Shown piece by piece: positions 1-10,400 of a stretch of DNA of 64,000 nt (positions within the stretch are counted from its first letter, which is position 1; each line of letters begins with the position of its first letter). The stretch lies in the NCBI GenBank assembly GCA_020184695.1, contig JAANOX010000034.1, positions 186,001 through 250,000 on the forward strand, read 5' to 3'. The translations under genes were made by a program, and so were the position numbers. Below the pieces are notes generated by a model that saw nothing but the letters and a program-made list of their open reading frames with translations, searched no databases and had not been told where the DNA came from. The stretch is from Histomonas meleagridis 2922-C6/04-290x (Eukaryota; Protista; Parabasalia).

Positions 1-468
1 TTAAAGATGTGATTCAATCAGTATAATAATCCGTTCCTGAGGCTAATTTGGAAACCAACAACCACAAAGAAAAACACCAAAATGTATTTTAATGTTTTAA
101 GTGGTCAAGCACACTTGTAAATTTACATTAACTATTAAGAATTTTTTTATCCAATAGATCTCAAGGATTGTCAATTTACTACATTGATTTAGAAGTTTGA
201 TAATCATCAAAGTTAAAAGATCAAAGATTCAGTTTCAATGAAATCTGATTAAAGGTATCCTTAATAAATTAATAATGATTCAATTCGTGCTTCTAAGCAA
301 GAACCTTAAACCATAGCTCAAAACTGGAACATATTTTTAATTTGATTTTTTAATTAACTGATTAAAAAAAAAAAAAAAACATGCAAGCTCAAAATTAAAG
401 CGTTGCACTTGTAATAAAAAAAAAGAAAATATTCCAGAATAACTTCATTTTATTATCAATTAAGAAAA

Positions 469-588
469 TCAAAGCTTTGGGCATGCTGCAGGAGGTGGGG
501 GAGGTGGTGGTGGTGGTGGTGGAGGTGGTGGTCCTGAAGCCTTTTCACCGCCGCCACCGGCATTTCCATCATCAGTTTCCTTGCACAT
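469..588 (-). CDS. Small polyproline protein, 39 aa (MCKETDDGNAGGGGEKASG-P14-AACPKL); below the ORF-track cutoff
   Basis: Translated by hand from ATG 588 to TGA 471-469. It is a GC-rich island in AT-rich flanks, and an Inr-like TCATT (598-594, minus) lies a few nt upstream of the ATG. Confidence 0.6.
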   Translation of the reverse strand: MCKETDDGNAGGGGEKASGPPPPPPPPPPPPPPAACPKL

Positions 589-1444
589 TCTAAAATGATT
601 TTAAGGCGGCCACGGTTCATTCAACCGTTTATTCCTTTGAATTTTTGTTTGTTTTATATCATGTATGTGAAGTCAGTAATTCAAAAAGTTATGCTTTTTC
701 AGATGGTTACATCCCCACTTCACTACATTTGGACAACCGTTTGCAACAAACCCTATCAAACTTTCGTTTTAACGTTCACCGATGAAGCTTCGGTTTGTCA
801 TATTTTTGGCGCCAAAACGTTCCGCGAAAAAATGTCAAATTTGATTTGTCTTTTACGGTATGATCACTTTTTCAATGCTTAATTTGACAGAATTAAAAAT
901 CATCATGCCCTTGATTGTTGATTGCATAAAATATCAAAAACAAAGAGGTTAACTCGAATTTACATAACATGTTGTATTTTCCACAATCTTCTCTCTGATG
1001 TGATATTTTATGTAGTAAACATTTTTTGTTAAAGAACAGAAATGGTAAATAAATAGTGATTTAGACACTTAAGAATATCTGAATAACTTTTTTTAAGGCT
1101 TTTAAACATTAATATGTTACTCAAATAAAAATTATTATTTTTTTTAATATTTGATGTGCAAAATTAGCCAAACCATTCTGTCTTCTCTAGACATGTAGTT
1201 TAAAATTTCCATGTATAATTGTGGATCAGTAATTATTCTTTCTTTGATGTTGACATTGAAAGCATATATTAACATGTTCTTATTTCCGTACCACAGGAAG
1301 TTATAAAATAATCAACTGACCTTTTATCAAAAAAGACCTGTGTTCTTCTTTTTTTTAAAAAAAAAGAGCACGTTTATTAATTTTAGTAACGTATTTGTGA
1401 AGACGTTTATTTCCATTCCAAGTAAGAAATAGGAATAAAAATTT

Positions 1445-4400
1445 ATGTGTGCATACAGACCAAAAGATGATGGATTAAATGTCAATTTAACTGGAAAGAA
1501 TCTTGTTCGTCATCCACCAAAAACACCAATGAGTTCGAGAAAATCAAAAAATCCAATTTTTGATGCTTCTTCTGTTGAAAAGCAAAGCGAAATATTTGAT
1601 ATCACATATCCTGGAGGGGATGAAGGAAGTCAACTTCTCACACAAAAAAATCCTACATTATTAGCACTTCGAAATCAAAATACAATTCGACCAAAAACGG
1701 CATTACAAATTGCACGTGATAAAAAACGGATCAAAGAAGGCGAAATTGTTTCACCACGTGTAACAACATCACTTCTTAACAAGCGAGCACAAACATTAAC
1801 ATTTATAACACGGCAATTTCCACAAGAAAACAAAACTGAAGAACTTTCATTAGATTTTCCAGAAGACCCAATCGCATATTTTAGCAAAAGGAAAGATGGA
1901 ACAGGACATCGTTTTATTTATTTAAATTTTGTTGATAATCGTAATTCACCAAATTTTAATCCATATAATTTAGAAAGGGTAAAATTTTCTGATATTGAAG
2001 AAGAATATTTTACAATGTCTAGTGAAGGTATAACACATTTTAAACCAAACGGAAATACAGAACATATTTCATTAGATCAATGGTCATTTGAAAGTAATAT
2101 ATATTCAACGATTCGAAAGTTAAAATTTTTTTCGCAATTCTTTTATTGGAAGCCATTTAAAATCTGGAAAAAATTTGTAATGAAACAACGATTTAATCAA
2201 ATATCATATTCCATTCTAACAAATCCATTATTTGAACAAAGCAAATTTTTTAATTCCGAAATTATTATTCGTTCTATGTATGGTGATCCTGAGTTTTCTA
2301 ATACATTAGAAGAAATGGTATTAAAATATCTTTTAGCATTTTATCCACAAAAGAAATTTACGCTTGAGAATTATTATTTAATAGTTGAAGAAAACACAAA
2401 CACATTAAAGAAAATATATTCGAATTATATAACGAATATTGAAAATGAAATATTAAAATTGGATTCATTAATTAGAGATCCACGTATATTACAAGTAAAA
2501 GATTCGGATTTCCCTGAAATCAAAAGAAGAAATCCAAACTTAAGTCAAATAATGATATTAGAGAAAAAGAAAGCTAAGAAAAGAGTTGAAATAACAAAAA
2601 CAGTAAATGAACAAATATTAAAACTCGGATTATTTATTCGAAACATTGATTATTTCTTACTTGAAACTTTATCGAAATCATTACTTAAATCATGGGTTCA
2701 ATCTTCTGATTATATATCACAAGATATGTCATCTGTTTTTCAAGTAAAAGTTTCATTTTCGAATGATGGTAAAGTTATACTTTCACCAACAATTGATGAA
2801 CTTATTAAAGCGATTCATGAGACATTAAATGATTCGATAATTACATTAAATGAATTACCTCGAATTATATATTCGATTAAATTAAGACCGCATATACATG
2901 AATCACATCCGAATTTAATGGATTTGTTTGATAATGGACCAAATTTGAAACAAATAATTTCACATTATAAAGAATTCCAAATAATTGAAGAAAACATATT
3001 AAAAATTATAAATGAATCTTATGAAGAAGCTAATAAAGCATCACAACGATTTTTAAAATTATATCCGATATATGAACTTGGACAAAAATGGAATTTTAAT
3101 AATTATGTTAAAACTCGAAATGGAAAATCAATTAAAGATTTCACTAAAATAATTCCTTGTGAAATTGGTTTTAATATTAATTTTGATGATGAACCAATTG
3201 TTAATATTAATGAAATTAAAAATGATATTAATCTTTTACATCAATATGAAATTGATAATCAAACATTTAAATTTAATACTATTCATGGAGCTATTTATGT
3301 AAATACTAAATCATTACGTGATGAACTTAACCCAATTCCTAAGAAAACATTAAAAGTTTTAACAGATTCATTAAATATTTTATGTAAAGATAAAATTTTA
3401 AGAATTCAAAACGCATTTGTATCATTTGGTAAAGAATTAAAGAATTATCCAAAAACTTTAGAACAATTTATAATATTTTGTGAATTAATTACAAAAGCAA
3501 AAAATGTTGTAACGAATTTTAAAGAAGAAATTTCATTTATTGATGATATTAATAATTTATTTGAAGAATATTTAACGAATTCTACTTCTGAACAACCAAA
3601 AACTTCATTAACATATCAAATGGAATTATTTTTAACTTCAATAAATAATGCAAATGAAATTAAAGAACAAAACATTCAAACGTTTATATTACAATTACAA
3701 GATTATATAACAAAATTAGAAATAAAATTACAAAAATATTTAAATGTTATATCAAATCATCCGAAATCTATAATTGAAACGGATATTGATAAACTTCAAT
3801 TAAATATAAAACAAATTAAAGTAAAAATACAAAACATTACACCGAAAATTAAACAATGTATACATTTCCAAGAAGTATTAAATGTAAACTTTTCTGATTT
3901 TACATTATTAAATGATATTAATGAAATGATTAACTTCACTGAGAAACTTTATATATGTATTAAGTTATATAAACAAATAGAATCAAATTCATTACGAATA
4001 CAATTCTCAAAGATTAACATTGAATCGTTTATAACAAATGTTAATAAATTAAATGATGAAATTAATGAAATAAATTCACCAAAAATTAATTCATTATTAC
4101 TAAAAGATTTACAAGAAAAATTGAATATGTTATATATACATATTGAACAAATTCGTTTATTATCTACTTCTAAAATGCAAAAACATCATTGGGAAGAATT
4201 ATTTCAACAATGTGGAATATCGAAAGATATTTATCATAATGATATTAGTCTTGAAGAAATTATTTCATTAGGCTTATTAGAAGAACAAGATAAAGTTCGA
4301 TTACAAACTTCAACTTCATATAATGAATCACAAGTTGAAGATGAATTACATCAAATTCAATCGATTTGGTCAACAATTAAATTACCAATACTTGATGGCC

Positions 4401-7400
4401 AAACTAAAAATGAAGAATCATTATTAATTAATGATATTAATCCTTTATTAATCCAAATTAATGATTCATTAATATCATTAAAAAGAATTAGTTCACAACC
4501 ATTTGTTAATTGTATACAAGATCAAGCGAAAAAATTACAAAATTCACTCGAAAATGCAATTTTGATATTAGAAGAATGGAAATCATTTCAACGAAATTGG
4601 ATATTATTAACTTCTTTATTTATACATGAAGATGTAAAAAGTTTACAAAATGAATATAATCGTTATTTATGGGTAAAGAAAAGATGGGTATCAATTATAC
4701 GTCATTCGATTAAAGATTTAACATTATTAAAAGTTTGTTCATATCCTTCATTATTAGAAATAATGAAAGAAAATGTTATTACATTAGAAAATATAATTTC
4801 TTCATTTGATTCATTCATCGAAAATAAACGAACTTTAATTCCTCGTTTATTCATAATAGGTAATAATGATATTTTAACATTATTATCATTTTCTAATATG
4901 GAAAAAGTTCGAGATATAATTTCAAAATTATTCATGAATATGATTGATATAGAAATTAATCAAAAAAATGAATATAAAAATCGTTTTCAAATCTCTGGAT
5001 TAAAAGGTAAAAATTTGGAAACATTTAATTTTTCTAAAGTTGTATCTATTCAAGGATCAATAAAGAATTGGTTTCAAAATTTACAAGATTCAATGAAACA
5101 TAATTTTATAGAACAAGTTACAACTAAATTAAATCAAATTAATATTAAGAATTTAAATGATATAAAATGGATATTTAATACACATTCACATGTTTTAATG
5201 ATATGTTTAAACATAATTATTAATAATGAAATCGATGATTTATTAAATCAATCTGAATCAATTAATCATTCATTTTCACGATTTTTAAATTTAATTAATA
5301 ATTTTTATAATGAAATACTTTTATTATTAAGAAATCCGAAAATGACTTCATTTGAACGAAATAAAATCGAATTTGTATTAAATATATTCCAAAATTATAT
5401 TGAAGTATTAAGACAACTTAAAGAATATTCTTATGAAATGATAATATATAAACGTTTTCCAAGATTAATATTTAATTCACAAGAACAAAAATTATTAATT
5501 TCTATAAATGATGAATCTTATGAATTTGGTTGGGAAATTTGGGGTGATATTCGACAATTCATATTAACTCCATCAATATTTAATAGTTATATTAATATTA
5601 TCAATGAAAAAAATCCTATAATTATTGGCTCTTTATTAAATGGTCGATCTTTAATAGTTGAAAATATTTCGACATTATTTGGTCGATTTTTATATCAATT
5701 TCCTTCTTTACCTAATCTTCATGAAAAATTAATTTCTCGAATCTTTCAAGGTATAAATTTAATGGGTTCATTTGTTTTGTTTACTGATATAGATAAATTA
5801 AGTATAAATAATTCATCGAAAATTTGTGATTATTTATATACAATGACAAATAATATTTCATCGAATTATAATAATAAATTATTAATTAATAATAAATATA
5901 TTGATATTAATCAGAATTCAAGAATATTCTTTTTGAAAAATTCTTCAAATAAATCCGAAAATTTCGCTTCTACAAATTTATTTTCTTCATTAAAACAAAT
6001 CGTTTTAGAGAAACCAAATCATAAAATATTAATTGAAATTAAGTTAAATTTAATTGGTTTTAATAATATTGATTTATCAACGAAATTTTATATATCTTTA
6101 AAGACAATTATTAATATGTTTTCGAATTATTTAAAAACAACTTCAATATTTATACATATACAAAAGATTTTTAATGTTTTGTTCGAAATATTTAATGAAA
6201 TGAATGATAAATCATTCAAAAAGTTCTTTGATTCTAATTCATTAAATGAAGAATATTGTATTTGTAGAACTTTATTTATATATTTCTCCAAACTGATTCC
6301 GAAAACAGAAGAAAATTCTTTAATTACTTTATTATATGGAACCTTTCCATTATTTGATGAAATTGAAATATTTAAAATTAATATAATTAATCCGAATTTG
6401 TTTAAAGAAGAAACTTTAATTCATATATTTAACTCTTCATTTAATATAATTGAACAAAATAATAATATTTTATTTGATTATATTAAACAACAAACGTTAA
6501 AATTGTTTTTATTACTTAAAACTTATAAATGTGTAATAATTTATGGTCCTCCTAATTCAGGTAAATCAACAATTATTAAATATTTGCAAAAAACTATCAA
6601 ACAAATTCCAAACATGAATAATATTAAAAAAGAAAAAATATTTCATCAAGTCGATCAATTAAAAGAAATTTTCGGTCATTTCTCAATGAATTCAACAAAT
6701 AATTTAATATATAAAAACGGGAAAATAATTTCTTCGATTAATCATTTAATAGAAAAAGGTAAAAATCATCAAAAAATTTTAATTTTTGATGGTCCAATTT
6801 CATATAAATTTCAACAATATATTTCACAATTTGTATCACAAAAGAATTTGATTGTAACAAATTCTTTAGATACAATTGATAATGATTTTAATATTATTAT
6901 CGAAACTAATGATATATCACAATTAAATCCATCGCTTTTACAATATTCAGCTTTACTTCCAATGGAAATTATACAAAAAGATGAATTTTCGATTGATGAA
7001 ATAATAAATTCAAAATTAATTATAAGAAAATATATAAAAAATTTTTCGTCGGATTTGTTAGAAAATGTTTTTGAAGAAACTTTAAATCAAATAATTAAAT
7101 ACATTTGTCAAATTGATAATTTCGCTTATTGTTTAAATAAAACTAAAATTATGGAATATGGAAATGTTTTAATTTCTATTAAATTCCCAATTTTAACAGC
7201 AATTTTGTTGAATGATTTAATAGAAAATAATGATATTAATATAAATGATAAAGAAAAACTTAAAATTGGAATTTGTTTTTGTGCTTTTAAAGTGTATAGT
7301 TCAATTCTTGATGAGAATAATCTTAAAAAATTCGATATTTGGATACAAACAACTTTTAATATAAAGTTAAAAGATAACTCAACATTACAAACATATCAAA

Positions 7401-10400
7401 TATATAAAAATGAGTTTGCAACATTAAATTTAGATGTTAATAATAATATTATAAACGAAAATAATAAATTATTAATAAATAATTCGAATTTTGTTATTCT
7501 TAAATCAATGTTTGACTTATATTTGAAATCAAATCAAAATGTTTTGTTCTTTGGTGAATATAGTAAAAAAACGTTTTTAAAGTTCTATTTTAAAGAGAAA
7601 CAAAATTATTTTCCAATTTATATATATTCAAATGAATTAAAAACATTTAAATCAATTTGTAACTTCATTAAAATTCATTCGAATTTAATTGAAAAATTCA
7701 AAAATTTAAATAAACAAATTGTTTTAATATTTGAAGACATCAAACAAAATGATTTACATATAATCGAATTCATTCGAATGATAATAAAAACTAAAAAATT
7801 GAAATTTTATTCAAACTCTGATCCATATCAATATAAAACAATTGATTTAAGTGATTTTTCTATTATTGTAACTACTAAATCGATTGAAAATCTTCCAATT
7901 CGTTTTATTAGTTTATTTGCACCTATACAAATCTATAAATATAATATTGTAACTATAAAACATATAATAAATACAATTTTAGAATATTATAATGTTTCGA
8001 GTGAACTTTCGATTGATTTAAATCAATTTATTGAAAATTGTTTGTTAGAAATTAATGAGTTTCCAAATGATATAAATTTAATATATAATATAATTTATCC
8101 AATTTGTTTAATGAATGAAAAAAGTTATCAATCTGATAAAGATATTGAATTAGTATTACGTACATTAATATTTAGTTTAAATGTTAATATATTTTCTAAT
8201 AATAAAAAGTTAATTAAACCAATTAAGAAAATATTTAATAAAATTTTCGATAATAAATTTGATGATTATAATAAAATTAATAATAATGAAATATTTTATA
8301 ATGAATTTACTAATAATAAAGAGAATAATGAATTAAATACAAATTGTGTTACACATCAAATGAATTATCTGATTGAAGAACTTGAATTTTATGAAAATTC
8401 TTATAATAGTTCTACATTAGAACAAATTACATTAAAATTTTATCCAAATATTGTAAAGTTATTTTCATATTTACATTACATCATTACATTTCCAAGTTCC
8501 AATGCAATATTAATAGGCAAAAATGGATCTGGAAGAAGTTCATTAATAAAATTAATTACGCATATGTTAGATTATGAATTTATCGAAATATTTCATAATA
8601 CTTTTTCATTAATCATTAAAGATGTTATCTCTAAATGTATTTTTTTAAAGAAAAAATGTGTTTTATATATAAAACAAACGAATAAATTTACAAAAGAATT
8701 TAATACTTTAATTCGATTTATTAAAACAAAAGATTTCTCAATATTTTATACTGATACACAACTTAATCAATTATATGATAAGTTTTCTAATGGACAAGCA
8801 ATAAAACCAGAACAAAAATTAATAATATATGAACAAATTCGAAATTTATTAAATTCGAATTTAAATTTTGTATTATCATTAAATGAATATGTAAAAATTG
8901 ATATTAATAATACATTTTATATTAAATTTAATGAATTTAATACTAAAAATATTCTTAATGCTATAAAACAATCTTTGAAACCACAAACATATTCAAATGT
9001 ATTTGGAGATTATTATCAACAAATTCCTTTATTACTTGAACAAATTCATCAAATTACAAAAGAAAGTAATAAATTAATTAGTACGAATCATTTCTTTGAC
9101 TTTTTAGATAATTTCATTATAACATTAAATGATAATTATCAAAAATATTCACAAAAAACAAATAATATGGAAAACGCATTACATTTTATCTTTAATTTAA
9201 AGGAACAATTACAAAATGTGCAAAACAAAATTAATGAAATTAAACCAAATCTTAAAGAAATTAATATAACAATTAATAACAATGATCAAAATGAAATATA
9301 TCAAAAACTTATCAAAGAACAAAAACTAATTGAACAAGTTCAAATTAATGAATTTCAAAATATACGAAATGTTTATAATAATAATTCATCAAAATCATTA
9401 AAGTTATTATTAGAAATGATTTGTATTCTTATTAATTATGATGAAAAAGATTTAATTAATGATAATTTTATACAAATTATATTAAGTAAAATTAATTATC
9501 ATACAATATCAAATACAATTATAGATAAAATTGTTCCATATTTCGATAATTCAAATTTAAATTCAAATGAATTATTTGATATTTCACCAATTTTAGTAAA
9601 CATTTATAATTGGATTAAATTAATTTGTGAATATAAAATAAACGAAACTAAAACAAATGAAATTTCATTTTCAAATACTGAAGCAGAAAAAGAATATGAA
9701 AAATATAATACTAAATTAAAGATTATAAAAAATATCCTTCAAAACACTGAAATTCTAATTGATAAATGGAATACTGAATTAAACACTTCAAAGAAAGAAA
9801 TAATAATTGGCGAATCACTTTTATTTTCATATTATATAACATATTGTGGAATATTTAATCAAACTGAAAAAGTTGAAATGTTAAATAAAGTGATAAATGA
9901 AATTAAATTAATTGGATTATCAATATCTAATGAAGAAAACATGTTTAATATTATAAATGATCGATTCTTAATACAAAATAATAAAAATAATTTTGTTAAT
10001 ATTGAACAAACTTATGTATTTGACGCTATGTTTGATTTATATCATATTAAATCAACAATTAGAATCCCATTAATTATCGATTCATCAGGTTTTATCGAAC
10101 ATTATTTTATAAAACAAGAAAAAAATGTTATAACAATATCACAAACATCTGAAAATCTTGAATCAATAATATCTACTTCAATAGCAGAAGGTAAAACATT
10201 ACTTTTATTTGATGTTGATTATTTACATCCATTAATATCGTCGATTTTAACATTTTATCGAAACGGATCCAAATTAACAGAAATTAAAATCGGAAAAAAT
10301 ATTATTAAATATAATCCAACGTTTAAGTTATATTTATTTACTAATATACGAAATATTTTTAATATACCAAACGATTTATTTATTAATGTAACTGTTATTA

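Noticed and set aside
595-882. 95-aa plus-strand ORF
   Set aside because: It has no recognisable domain and lies over the upstream/promoter region of the polyproline ORF, so it is likely spurious.
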